A stretch of DNA of 60,246 bases, filler included, from Sphacelaria rigidula (GCA_964200075.2; 10 parts of 10 records of this genome joined end to end with filler, not necessarily neighbours in it); one strand, 5' to 3'; positions 48,317-60,135 are shown, counted from the first letter of the whole stretch. The notes: generated by a model not told the origin, from the letters alone. Numbers and translations are program-made.

Positions 48317-49673
48317 CCATACCCTCGTTTCAGTCCATACGTTATTCCCCGACAGTCCCGCGATATACATTCTACGTAGATGGTGTTTTGATGGCATTCG
48401 CATAGCGTGAGAATCATACCGAAATCCAAAGAGTACACATCGAGCAAGCGGGTTTCATGTAAGGTGCATCGCACATCATATTTGCCCGGCCGTGGTGCCG
48501 TGAACCAGTGCAGCCGCGGGCTTGTCATTGTGTGCAAGGGCATGATTTTGTGCGTAAATTATAGTGGGAGCGCGGGAAAGAGACCACAGTATTGTGTACA
48601 TGTATCGTAACCTGTGAGGAAGTCGTCGTATGGTGTGGGCCAGTGAGTGATGCAGAATAGCACAGGTTGTGGCCGATGCATGATTTACGAGTATGACGTA
48701 TGGATTATTATCTTGCGACCCACTGACAAGGGGTATACTTCTGACACCAGAGACCTCATTAAAAGGAAGAAAAATCAAGGCGTTGCACCCTTTGAGTGCA
48801 AAATTTTCCACGACGCCGCTGTAGCAGTGTCGGTGCATGCAAACGGTGAGCCGTGCTTCCAGCATGGCAATCATGCCCAGCAAGCGTGGAACGACTACAG
48901 CCGCAGCATGAAATAGGAGGGACTACTTGTATACTATCTGCCATATACACGCACCCTTTGTCCCCGGTATTTTGTAACCAGTGTTGTCGCAAAATTGCTC
49001 TTACCTCCTGTGTAAAGTGGTCGATGCAGGGCATTATGTGGCATTTTGCACTCAAGGGATTGGTAGCGGGCCGCATCACCAAGATTTCGAATGAACACGC
49101 AAATGGTAATGTACCCAAGGCGATCGAGTAGTGCTGCATAGGATCGCAGTACCGTCATTTAAGGCAACATTATACAAGTGTGCGTTGTAGCTCCTGTGTT
49201 GACCTTCCTCTTGTGTGACCCCGGCTGGTGCGTCCACATATACCGAAAGGTGTAGACTGGCGCCCAGAATAGATGGGACGACAATACACACAACACGCAA
49301 CACACACGTTGACGAGCAGAATCATGTGACTATTCCAGCAAAGTACAGCTGCCTGCGGTTGACGAGCGACCGAAACGTGGCTATTATACAGTCTAAAAGC
49401 TTTGGTCACTGATGGTGGATTGCGGATAATGTCTCACAGTACAGTGTTGGACAGGACAGTCGCTGTCTATAGCTGAAACGTGGTACACGGCACTGTACAT
49501 TGTACCGTCAGGACGTGCGGCATGTGCATGTAGCGAAAGTAGGCACGGACAAAAGGTGACTGGCATGATGCACATGATGCACTAACTGATATTCACACAA
49601 AACGGTTTCCTCTAGATGTTAATCGGCTGAGTCCGAGTCGCGTTTGCTGACCACTTCCCCATACCCCTGACAG

Positions 49674-51611
49674 GTTCGATCGCGATCGTCGGAGAGATAC
49701 AGGTCAATGGCGACCGAGGATGATCCTCTGCGGTCGGGCGCAATATTCCGAATGCAACAGCACGAATATGCCGCTGTCAAGTCCCCTGTTCCGCGGATGC
49801 TACCGCGTGCGCGAAGTGTTGGTCCCCCGATTTCTGTGGATACCAGTGCGGTTGGTTCCAATGCATTGTGCCATCGGAAGAGTCTGTCCCTACCCACGAA
49901 GCCGGACGCCTCCTGGTCATCTTCGGACGCAGTTGTCGATGAGGACAGGGGATCTATGACATCTTCAGCTTGTGAGGATATCCGCTTCAAGTTTGTCGAA
50001 TTGTGTAACGCCAGCCGGTTGCCAAGGGTGCTTCTGTCAAGCTCCGTCCAGGCATGTGACCGCGCTGCTGGATCGAGAGGAGAGCACGGCGATTCTCCAG
50101 ATGATCAATCTCAATCTATTGCAGCTTCTTGTTCCGATGGAAACGGTAACAGGGCGCGATTGGACTGTAAGTGTAATGGTTCGGAAGCGGGCGGATCCTG
50201 TAGTGGGTGTTGTCCCGCCAAAGTGGACACGCCCACGAGGCCAGAGCATGAGCTCTCCGCATGTCAGGGTGCGGAGAGCTCAACGATGTGTCCTACGCGT
50301 AGCCCTCCTTATGTGAGGAGCACAACGTGGAGTGACGTCAACGACTCTCCCGGTAATCCTCCCGATTGTCCACAGCTTCAGCGGTCACCCTCGCCACGTG
50401 ACCCAGCGTCACAGGAAGGCAGCAAAATAGGCCTGACTGATCGCTCGACACGTCAGCGCAGCGACATTGGAAATAGGCAAAAGTTCGACACCGCAGAGCC
50501 CTCGACAACAATAACGGGTCAAAGGAAGCGCCGCGAAAAAACAAGTTCCAGGGTGGCTTGCACAAAATCGAACACAAGGTCTGGTAAAGCAGATGAAGGC
50601 GTTGTGAACACTACACGGAGTGGGCGTACGTCGGTACCGGTGTTGGATTGGTGGCGCAGCCAGCGCCTAAGTCGAATGCCAGATGGAAAGGTTATAGTAG
50701 CTCCCGGATCCTCTCGCGATGAGTTTTCGCCACAAAATGCGATGGCACCTCCTCGAAACATGGCCGTGCCCAAGAGCTCGTCAACCGACAGTACTAAGCG
50801 AAAAACCGGTGTGCCGAAGGCTGATGGTGTCACGACGTCAGACGACTGCAAAGCTCCGTTGTGGACGACAGCGCAGATCAACCGCCTCGACATTGCCCAT
50901 AAAGGCACGGCTCCAACCACGAAGGACTTCTGGAACGTTGTCGCTAGCAATGTTGATGGTAAGGATCCGAGTGAGTGCCAACAACAGTGGTTTGAGCAAT
51001 TTGCGACGCCGAAGGCGCGACGGAAACCAGCGAGAACCAAACGTACAAACACTCGACAAGTCGGCACACCCGTTGGCACCAAAACGTCCCAATCAAAGAT
51101 CCTGGGGACACCGAATGATGATTCTATTGCCACAACCAGCCAATTGGTGACACACGCAGACGCAGATGATTTGTTCCACGCGACTCCTATGCGAGGCCGA
51201 GGGCGTGTACGTGGACTCGCAGAGAGTTCTTCGGGGCCGAGTACTCCGAAGACCCCCGCTGGCCCCGGTGCATCGTATGAGGAAAGAGGGGCAGCGGTGG
51301 AACGTCGAGAAGCAAATGGACATGATTGCTCCAAGCGAGCCGTGAGCAAAGCTTATGTACAGGCCATGTCGAAGAAGATGCGAAAGGCATCCGCAAATCC
51401 GCGCAAACTTTGCGGCCGTGTAGGCGTTCGGGGGCAACCAAGGCAACACGCTGCACGAAAACCGCACAGGGTCCAAGCCACGACATTTGCAAGAGGTCGT
51501 GTCATGGAAGCCTCTGTAGCCAGCTCAGGGGCTGTAAATGTCACTGTCGCTGAAAGTGGTGATGACGATAGCGAATGTAGCTCATCTGCCGAGAGTGAAA
51601 GCGATGAATAG
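49674..51611 (+). CDS. KNL2: KNL2/M18BP1-like centromere licensing protein, large terminal exon
   Basis: TRSGRTSVPVLDWWRSQRL (CENPC-k-like motif, ~50613-50672), SANT/Myb domain WTTAQ...FWNVVA..V.GK...ECQQQW (50862-50990) and DDLFHATP, in the order seen in M18BP1. CTGAC branch site, pyrimidine tract and CAG acceptor at 49673 are in frame. SANTA domain not identified. Confidence 0.72.
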   Translation, partial: VRSRSSERYRSMATEDDPLRSGAIFRMQQHEYAAVKSPVPRMLPRARSVGPPISVDTSAVGSNALCHRKSLSLPTKPDASWSSSDAVVDEDRGSMTSSACEDIRFKFVELCNASRLPRVLLSSSVQACDRAAGSRGEHGDSPDDQSQSIAASCSDGNGNRARLDCKCNGSEAGGSCSGCCPAKVDTPTRPEHELSACQGAESSTMCPTRSPPYVRSTTWSDVNDSPGNPPDCPQLQRSPSPRDPASQEGSKIGLTDRSTRQRSDIGNRQKFDTAEPSTTITGQRKRREKTSSRVACTKSNTRSGKADEGVVNTTRSGRTSVPVLDWWRSQRLSRMPDGKVIVAPGSSRDEFSPQNAMAPPRNMAVPKSSSTDSTKRKTGVPKADGVTTSDDCKAPLWTTAQINRLDIAHKGTAPTTKDFWNVVASNVDGKDPSECQQQWFEQFATPKARRKPARTKRTNTRQVGTPVGTKTSQSKILGTPNDDSIATTSQLVTHADADDLFHATPMRGRGRVRGLAESSSGPSTPKTPAGPGASYEERGAAVERREANGHDCSKRAVSKAYVQAMSKKMRKASANPRKLCGRVGVRGQPRQHAARKPHRVQATTFARGRVMEASVASSGAVNVTVAESGDDDSECSSSAESESDE

Positions 51612-51878
51612 GGTAAACAGGTAACCAGCAGAACCCATTGCAGCAAATGGATACGATACTGTATGTTTAGTGCTTGGAATTGCTTTGGCTGTGAATCAGA
51701 CACGGAGCAAGCACAAACTAAACTTCGCGTTTACCTTACTGGAGAGCGTTTTTTGCCAGCCTTCTGCAAAAGTGTGCACTGTGTACTAGAGCTACTGTAG
51801 TACTGTACATTCTTGAACGCATGACCAACACGTATTTGTCCTTTGGCCGCTGCTGCGATTCGCTAAATTCGTGTTTGC

Positions 51879-52046
51879 TTAAATGTTGCGCGCAGCAATA
51901 ATCTTGTACGTCTTCATGTTACGCTTGAGGATATCCTCCATGGGCCCCATGACGCGCTTGAACGTCCGTCGATCCAATGACAGCACGTTCAAGTCTCCTG
52001 ACGCTTTTACTGTTGCCCCCCTAGGCTGAGAGAACATGAGAGCCAC
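51879..52046 (-). CDS. PKAR: cAMP-dependent protein kinase regulatory subunit, last exon (not in the ORF track)
   Basis: After a CAG acceptor: VALMFSQPRGATVKASGDLNVLSLDRRTFKRVMGPMEDILKRNMKTYKIIAARNI*, the end of cNMP-binding domain B and the typical PKA-R C-terminus (LDR..F.R..GP...IL.RN...Y). Confidence 0.85.
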   Translation of the reverse strand: MALMFSQPRGATVKASGDLNVLSLDRRTFKRVMGPMEDILKRNMKTYKIIAARNI

Positions 52047-54312
52047 CTGATAATTCGAGCAATAGCACAGGTTTCAGGACGTATTTGAATTGCCGACTTC
52101 GTAATCTGTCACGGTCTTATACAACCGCCAACACTCCAGTTTGTGTTTGAGGAACAATCTTAAATACTTACCTGGAGTACTCGTAACACGAAGCACCACA
52201 CTTGATGCGTGTACGGTGTTGTGTAGTGTTGTGCAATCGCGAGCAGATATTTATGTGCAATTTTTATAGCAGCTCAATTGGTACTCGACGAAGAGACAAC
52301 TCAGGTGGTGGTGCTCCCTGCTTTGTGTGCCGTTGATCAGGACGAAAACAGTCGAGAGCTGTGAATGTTCGCTCTTGTGTATTTTGCACCTATCCCTTGG
52401 CTCTTCGATTTTGAGTCTTTAAGCGAATAGTATGTTTCGACAAATTTGCAAGGACCTACCGTAAACGATGCTATATGCTGTACCACAAGAGGTCGGTGAA
52501 GTCTTTCGGACCAAGCAAAAAAAACTGTCGAGGTGGTGGTTTATAGCGACATCCCTGTGACGATCGCTCAACACCCGATCAAAGGAGAGCGGAGAGGGTG
52601 ATGGCATGATAACCACCGGTGCATCATGCTGTCGTCTGTTGTGGTACGCAGTGAAGGGGGGGGGGGTGAGCAGGATCTATGGCGGCGCTTCCTCCGCTCC
52701 GCTCCCGCCTGCTTGGGCCAACATCCTTTTCGCCAGATTGGGTGTCCAGCATTTGCGAATAGGAGTGAAATGTTTTGGCCCATTTTCACTTGAAAGTGAA
52801 AAAAATGACCCCCATTCAACAAACAGACATTAAGCGCCGCTTGTGTCTATTCGTGGAATCCTCATTTTCGTTTGAAAAGTCACTGCGTGATTCAGGTTGT
52901 GAACCCTGGCGGTCAAAGAATTAAAATTCCGAAGAGTTATTTGTTGGATGTACAATCTGACAGCAAACAAATACTATCATGGGGGTCAATGGAGGCCTTA
53001 CCGACCAAAAATCCGTTTCCCACGAAAAATAAAAAGAAAGCGGAGGGATATTGAAGACGTCATGGACTGTTCGGACCTGTGCCGAACCTCTGCCGAGCAT
53101 AACATACTCTCCATCTCAAGTTACCTAGGTTTAGTATGCGACAGCTGCAATTTTTTCATAGCGCAGTTCTCGAGACAGAAGTAAACCGGCCTGTGGCACT
53201 ACACAGACGCCCGTACACACACTAGATCTATTTAGTGTGACGACGGAGTCGCTCAATTCGCCACAGCGGATCCGAAAAGTCCCACAACGTTGCAGGAAAC
53301 GCGTTTTCAGTACATTTCGTGTTTCTTTTCGTGTTTGGTGCAGCGGTTTGCAAAGTGCTGCGGCCTCCGCAGCACGCGTTACGGAAAGCTGCTCACAACA
53401 CTTAATAGTTCTGGTTTGTGGGAAGCGCATGCATCAAACCGCCGTCCGATCCTCTGCTTCGTTGCCGAGAAAATAGAGTTGAAAGATAAGTACAAAAACA
53501 TACTGCAACAAGAGGGGCACAACAACAACACGAGCAGTAGCTTCTATCCTCCTGTTGGAACCGTGTTTACAGGTGCACAGCAACGTCAGTCACAGGTGTG
53601 CTGTAAAATGTACTATAGCTAGAGTACATTTTGTATGAGCGCCGTCATCATTTCGAGTGATGATGCGCGTATTTGTGATTGATATTGATTGGCTCATTCA
53701 GGTTTCATTTTCTTCTGCATTCAACTGACTGTGTAGTTGGTCGGTCCATTTTCCAGGTATATAGTGCCCAAAATCGGGTCCCAATCACCCCCATAATAAC
53801 TGTCATTCATTCAAATTGCGGCGGGTTAATACCCTACATTCGCATTCAACATGTTATCGGGGAAACATTTTTGGAATACATGCCATGATATGCGATGTAT
53901 ACTCGGAACATGCCCAATGCACCACGGCGCATTGATGAGAGGAGTTATGGGTGATATCATTCCCGTTATCTTAAAGTTTGTAAAAAAAAACGTGTTCACT
54001 ATTAATACGCATACAGCTGACGAATCCGAATCTGAGTGTTCCGTAACATCACTCGTATTAATTAACTTTTTGACCGCTAGAGGATAAGCGATCTGCTGAA
54101 TCGGCATCATTCACGCATGACATCCAGACACTAACAATTGATTCTCGAAAATGGGGTTGAAAAAAAATGAGGTTCAAATCAAAAGCCGTGCTATTCCTGA
54201 CCTAAACTCGAGNNNNNNNNNNNNNNNNNNNNNNNNNNNNNNNNNNNNNNNNNNNNTTAATTAATTAANNNNNNNNNNNNNNNNNNNNNNNNNNNNNNNN
54301 NNNNNNNNNNNN

Positions 54313-55031
54313 GTGTTCGGCGAGTCGCATGAAGGGTGAGCTGCATCCTGCTAAGATTGTTCGGTCTGAAGCCCACTGATTGTCTTGCATTTGGATGACA
54401 ACCTACAATGAGTTGCTTCGTTTTCCTGCTATCGCCACTTCCAGAGACAACCATGGCTTATACAATGCCTCGTGGTTGTCTGACCATTTAAACACTGCGT
54501 AGTACGATCATCTCCCTTGTGCGGAGTTGAGGTTCTCCCACCCCGCAGAACATCATCTAGCTCGACTTTCATCTTGGTTACCGCGAAAAAAAACGCAAGC
54601 GCACAGAACCAAATCGGTGACCTGTTTGCCTAGCTCACGCAGTGAGATGCGTGCTTAATAGCGTCGTTGGTAACTGATGCCAACCCCATCGGGGGAGGGG
54701 GAGAGGGGGGGGGCGCACTCATTTTTTGCTCGCCTTAGGCGTTTGACCCCTGAGGGGGGGAGGAGGGTGATACCGTATACCATGAGTCCGCAGCGCAGTG
54801 GTATCGGCTTGAACGGTGGCGTGTATCGTCTATGCATGCGTGTGCCACTTCGTGGGTGGTGTTTCATATACGTTGGATTATCTGAGCTAATTTGGGCGAG
54901 GACTCGGAACAAATCGCAAATGTATCTGTCAAGAATGAGAAGCAATGCACGCAACACTGACCAACCCCCGTCTCGAAAGGGATGCGTGGTCAATGGCCAA
55001 ACGACTAAGGCAAGCAACAAACGAGAACGCC
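54313..55031 (+). mobile_element. Family A copy running through to its right terminus
   Basis: Family A middle (54313-54690) is followed in the same orientation by CCGTCTCGAAAGGGATGCGTGGTCAATGGCC...AAACGAGAACGCCC, the imperfect inverted copy of the left end. Confidence 0.8.
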
Positions 55032-55840
55032 CCCCCCCCCCCCCCCCCCCCCCCCACCCACTCCCCCCCGACCGCCCNNNNNNNNNNCCAAGAAGGAGGG
55101 GGGGGCCCCCACCCCAACCCCTACACGACAAACACACAACACCCCCCCCCCCCCCCCCCCCCCCGCCCCCACGTACTTCTGAGCCGATAGGAGGTTCATG
55201 CCTCACCAAATTAGCTCATCAAGCGACATTAAGGATGCACCTGCGTCACTAAGAACACCTCTAAAACAAAAGGTTTCGACGGTGTTGGTTCCGTGGTCGC
55301 CACTCTGTCCCTAATGTATAGGTCACGCAACGGCTCTAACCCCTCGGGAGTAGATACTCGAGGGTTCAATCGACTCGACCAAATCCAAATCTTGATTGGT
55401 CACCCCAGTTTCTCGCTTCACGCGATACGAGGAAGACAATAGAACAGCCCGCGGGTGCGCAAACCGATCGATCGGTTCAATGAACGGTTGGTTGATTGGT
55501 TTAGTAATTATCGCAGATTAATTGTCTCGCTACGAATACGGGTCGAGCAGTCAACCACGAGATATACCCCGCACCTCGCTCAAATGCAGTGCATGGGCAC
55601 TCGCTAAGAATACTCGAAAAAGGGTAAAGAGGGCGAAAAACGAAGGTGACGCAGGCTGAGTGAACCGACACCAGGCGAACAAAAACATGACAAAAAGGAA
55701 GACTAGAGCAGAAGAGAGCAAAAAAGCATCAAGGCATCGTGTCTATAGACACACATGATGATTGATTTTGATTGTCGCACTTTAAGTGACCCCCCAGGGG
55801 TCGAGTCGTGGTGTCGTACCCAATAAAAACGTACACATAC

Positions 55841-55975
55841 ACATATTTATATAAGTTTCCACAGTACGAATGTCTTCTTGATGGGTCATCTGCCGTTCAA
55901 AACAAGTAAACTGTATGCCAAAAACAGAGTCAATGATGCTTCGCATACTTCCTGCAGATGCCAAATGGGCCTCCT
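55841..55975 (-). CDS. Possible internal exon, unknown protein
   Basis: AACAG acceptor, GTATGT donor, symmetric 135-nt open exon (EAHLASAGSMRSIIDSVFGIQFTCFERQMTHQEDIRTVETYINM). No homology recognised. Confidence 0.35.
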
Positions 55976-56030
55976 CTGTTATGGTTATGGTTTTACTTGA
56001 CTTATGATGCGTAGCGAGTCATATGAGAGC

Positions 56031-56237
56031 TTCGGAAAACGCTTTTGTTTTTTTGTCATTTCAGAGTGCAAATATCTCAGGATCGATGAGATTGTAGCGA
56101 AAAATTATTTCCTCCTCCGTCAAATACAAAATCCCCCTAACTCTTTTTTCGATGAGGTGTTATTTTATTTTATTTTTCTGCACTCCAATCTTGAGATATT
56201 TGCACTCTGAAATGAAAAAAAAAAAGTGTTTTCCGAA
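56031..56237. repeat. Inverted repeat / small foldback
   Basis: 24-bp perfect pair TCATTTCAGAGTGCAAATATCTCA (56056) / TGAGATATTTGCACTCTGAAATGA (56192), plus outer TTCGGAAAAC/GTTTTCCGAA. Confidence 0.88.
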
Positions 56238-57114
56238 ACTCCCTATTTTCCAACTTTTTTTTTTTTCACCATGGGCGAGTTTAGCTTGCGCTCGTGACTG
56301 GCTTAATGTCGGATTAACCCATCAACCAACCAATTAATCCGTTAACCACACGTCGGATAACTCATGAGCTACCGAAATACAACTTTTTATCGATATATAT
56401 ATATATATATGCTGATCCGGATCATGAGCCAGCTAATTTTGCCCCCCTTTTCCGTATTTGCTTCCTGCAGTAGTGCTGGACGCCGACCACTCGGAGTAGC
56501 GCAATGGCAGAGCTTTGACTTCTCTGACTCCACTTTCACATATTGTGTGTTCTTGGTCTATGGATCTGGGTGTCCTCTTCGATTACTTATTTCGGGTAGC
56601 TCATGACCTGTCCGACGTGCAAAAAAATCAATCAACCCGTACCAACCGATACGACACGAGGACCTACAGCAGGACACAAACAAAACAAGTATGTATGGAG
56701 TACCAGAACACAAAAATGGGAGGATTTGAAGGTAACGACCGGCAAAAATAAAATAAAAACAGTGAAAGTGTAAAAGCACACACACCCGCTTTAAAAAACA
56801 AACACACTATAAAAAATCAACATACATACACACACAAAAATCCAGCATGCTGCCTGCGCGTTAGCTAAACTTTGCCGTGTTTTTTTTTTCATTATTATTA
56901 CTATTATTACGTATGCCTGTGCATTGGTTGATGATCCTACTTCTTCTTTATTTTTTTTATTTTTTTTTCGAAAGCATCTGATCTCCGCCGTTGAAAACAT
57001 GAGGACGTACGTGAGTAATAAAGAAAATGTAGATGGCGAGAGCTGGCGCGCGGTGCGGAAGTGTTGGTCCTGAACCAACCCGCGATACCAAAGTATACAA
57101 GGCTTTTACCATGA

Positions 57115-57215
57115 AAGATCTGGGTTGATTCCCTGAGACCACGGAGTCGTCTTGGGAAAGGGTGCACTCATGATCTTGCACGCCATGGTCGAGGAAGGGA
57201 AAGGGTGAGAAGTGA
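57115..57215 (+). mobile_element. Family B copy containing ~35 nt of the family A left end
   Basis: GGGTTGATTCCCTGAGACCACGGAGTCGTC | GGGTGCACTCATGATCTTGCACGCCATGGTC | GAGGAAGGGA. Confidence 0.65.
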
Positions 57216-57708
57216 AACGGGGCTAAATAAGAAAAAATGTAGGGAACCGAGATATTTATGTTCAGCGTATTGTTCACGGGCACGTGAAAAGTGTCGCACT
57301 GGTATAGCATGCAGAGGTCCTTCTTGTATCGGCTCGCTGGCCCGACGATAATCGGAAGATCTGCCTTCTTGGGACCAACGCTCTTTGCTTTCCGCGCACG
57401 ACAATTGGTCAGCCAAGCGCAACACGTATTCCAAGGTTGTTTGATGTTATTGGAGCTGCGTGCGAACCATGACTTGTGTAGATGGTTTCATGCAAAGTAT
57501 GTACGCATGTATGTATCGACACCATGTGGCACAGTAGAGACGCGGCATTTAATCTTTCTGAGCTTATTCGGTGCCCTGCGAGGTTGATGTTCTGAGGAAC
57601 AACTGGTGTATCCGTGAATATGCAGCACCGATACCCTGGATGTACCTGTATACATCTCTCCGCACTCAACAGTACCCTGCACCAGAGCAACAACGCCAGA
57701 GTACTAAC

Positions 57709-58014
57709 CTCGGGATTTCTTGGAGACTCAAAATCGGCTATTTTGTTGGTGTCCGGCGCGTTTTCCGCTGACTCTGCATCGCCCGGGGGGGGCGCGGACG
57801 AAGCCGGCGACGACGCCACGGCCGGTGCTTGGTCAAGAACATCCCCATTCGAAGAATCCAGATCCTGGCCTTTTTGCGTTGTACTATTGCCTTCTTCTGC
57901 TGCTTGTAGTGCCTGTTCTTCTTGTGACTCCACCAGGTCTTTCTCTACTCCACCCAATCCAGTAGACTCGAGGTCGTCGTCATCAACGCTCTCTGCTTCC
58001 ACCCGTGCGTCCAT
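57709..58014 (-). CDS. Probable first coding exon of an unknown protein with acidic, disordered N-terminus
   Basis: MDARVEAESVDDDDLES...FESPRNPE ending at a GTTAGT donor; coding-like composition within a 240-aa ORF. Confidence 0.45.
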
Positions 58015-58157
58015 CCGAGCACCCAGGTTGCAGCGCCATATTTGTGTGTATGTATGAGAAGCAGCAAAAAGCATGGAAGAGCGCAACGACAAAACAACCG
58101 CGGGTCGCTCGGGTGAGGACGTCTGTAACAATCAGGTTATCATATTTCCACGTACCA

Positions 58158-58266
58158 CCTGGGGAGAGATGAGTTGATCCCTTGAGACCACGGACTCATC
58201 CCGAGGAAGGGACGGGGTTCAAAGTGCGACAAATAAATAAATGAATAATAAATGAATACTAAAAAA
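58158..58266 (+). mobile_element. Family B short retroposon with 8-bp TSD (ACGTACCA)
   Basis: ACGTACCA at 58150-58157 and 58267-58274 flanks the core plus an (AAAT)n tail. Confidence 0.9.
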
Positions 58267-58712
58267 ACGTACCATTGAAGACATTTGTTTGGAACCAAAT
58301 GACACATCTTTTCAAGAAGTGTTCCCGCAAACATATTGCTACCCGAATGGTTGCGCTATTCCGTTTTATTTTTTTTCGCTTGCACGGATGACATGGCGCA
58401 TATGTTTGTTGCACTGTTTTTTATCTGCTGGCACACGCAAAATAAAAAAGAAAAGCCAACGACCAAATCACATCGGCACGAAAGTTTCTGTGTGTTTCCA
58501 CATATTTTCCGCAAACGACTCTCTTACCAACACCGGATATCATTATCGCGCACTTGGGTTTCGATCATTAGAGCGTGCACAATATTATCGAACTAGGAAT
58601 TTGCACTCGAGAACGAGATTGTTATCTACACCGAAAATACTACACACATATATATACGGGTGACGCTGCACACCAGACATTCAAGGTACGATCTACCCTC
58701 TCTTGCACAACC

Positions 58713-58975
58713 TGTAGCCAAACGATACTAAGCCGTAGGGTTGCAGTATAATCGCATGCATGGTTGGAGCAGTGACAGGGGACAAGGGATCCTATATTGA
58801 TGGCCCTTATTTGTGTGGCCCCTTGCTGTCTGGCTCGTGATCTGTTGAGGATCACTCCGTGATAATAACAAGTTAGAAGAAAAGACTTGTCGAGCACGAG
58901 GCCACTAATATTGGAGGAGTCCCCCGTTGAAAGCCCTCTCGTCCAGATCGTCTGGCAGAGGCAATAGATCTTCCA
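58713..58975 (+). mobile_element. Solo LTR related to gypsy element 1
   Basis: Begins TGTAGCC; shares TGTGTGGCCCCTTGCTGTCTGGCTC, TTGAGGATCACTCC, GACTTGTCGAGCACGAGG and GTCCAGATCGTCTG with the reverse complement of 27960-28225. Flanks CAACC/ATACC are an imperfect TSD. Confidence 0.85.
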
Positions 58976-60070
58976 ATACCCCTCGTGGGAAAAAATCACC
59001 ACTCATCATCGTTGTTAAGCCAATACGATGAGAGGGTCGTTTTCGTTTCCCGCTCTCAGACACCGGGAGGGATTTGGGTGTTGTACCTTTTCTGCGCCAT
59101 GGTCGCCTGTCCGTCTTTTTTAGGCCGTCCCACAGCCCGCGTCCTAGACGAACTACCTGCAGCAACCGGTTTTCAACACGAACATGATTCGATGGCACAA
59201 GATGTTGGTAACGAAAAAAAACTCCTTCATATTGTGATGGCAAATCCATGACCCGAGAAATGGATCAATTCTTTTTCCATAACAGTGCTCGCAAGTACCC
59301 AGGGAATCACGTATCGGTCGTTGAAATACAACATGTGGAGGATGACACATTTCATGCCAGGTGAAAGACAAGATAAAACTGAAAGCGTTGCTGAGGAAAA
59401 GAGTTATCAAGGTGTGTCATGACCTGAGACTGGGAAGTGAAACTGGAAAACAGATTCTCAGCGCCAAGCCTTAATTTCTCGGATATTGCTTTTCGCAGTA
59501 TCGCTAACCTTTCGGATGTGATCATACTCCACATCGTAGCCGTCGGCCCCCCCGCCGAAGAAACTGCTACTGCCATCGGCATCCCCTCCATCGCGCGTTT
59601 CCCGAGTAAGGTGGCGTATGTCCAGGTAAAGGTTGCCAAGCCACGCTTCCAAATTATCGGCGATCAGATTTTCCAAACCTTCGCACCGTCCGCAACGGTA
59701 GGAAGAGGTGGGCGGGAAAAGAGTGACGTGAAGGGATATGGATTTTTATGGGTGAAAAAATGACGCAGGGTAATTTATAAGAACAAAACATCTATTTTTC
59801 TTCCCTTTGAGCCGTCTCCGGAGTATCATGGGGTTTTTTTGTATGTTGGTGTCACTTGTTTCTTTCCGTTCTCATATTGTACGAGTACAGTGGGTCGTTA
59901 GCATTATGGTGCCGGAGTAACCGCACTTGCTTGTTTGAGGCAACGCGGGGAGCGACATGGAATCATCTCCTAGTAGGTGTATTTCTGGAGGAATGCCGAC
60001 CACCTCCCCATGTTTCACTCATTGCACTCTCCCCCCCCAGTGCGCTTCAGGAGTAGGTATTAACGGTGCT

Positions 60071-60135
60071 CCGTCTCGAAAGGGATGTGTGGTCAATGGT
60101 CAAACGACGAAGGCAAGCAACAAATGTGTGCCCCC
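60071..60135 (+). mobile_element. Family A right terminus
   Basis: CCGTCTCGAAAGGGATGTGTGGTCAATGGTCAAACGACGAAGGCAAGCAACAAATGTGTGCCC. Confidence 0.8.

Noticed and set aside
48640..49480. Candidate upstream KNL2 exons / SANTA domain
   Set aside because: Some splice-like sites, but no consistent phase and no convincing SANTA motif.
5936..54312. Regularly spaced TTAATTAATTAA palindromes every ~6035 nt
   Set aside because: Artificial concatenation linkers embedded in Ns; not biological, and no gene clustering should be inferred across them.
58985..59740. Possible MULE/SWIM transposase remnant
   Set aside because: Only a vague Cys/His pattern across broken frames.
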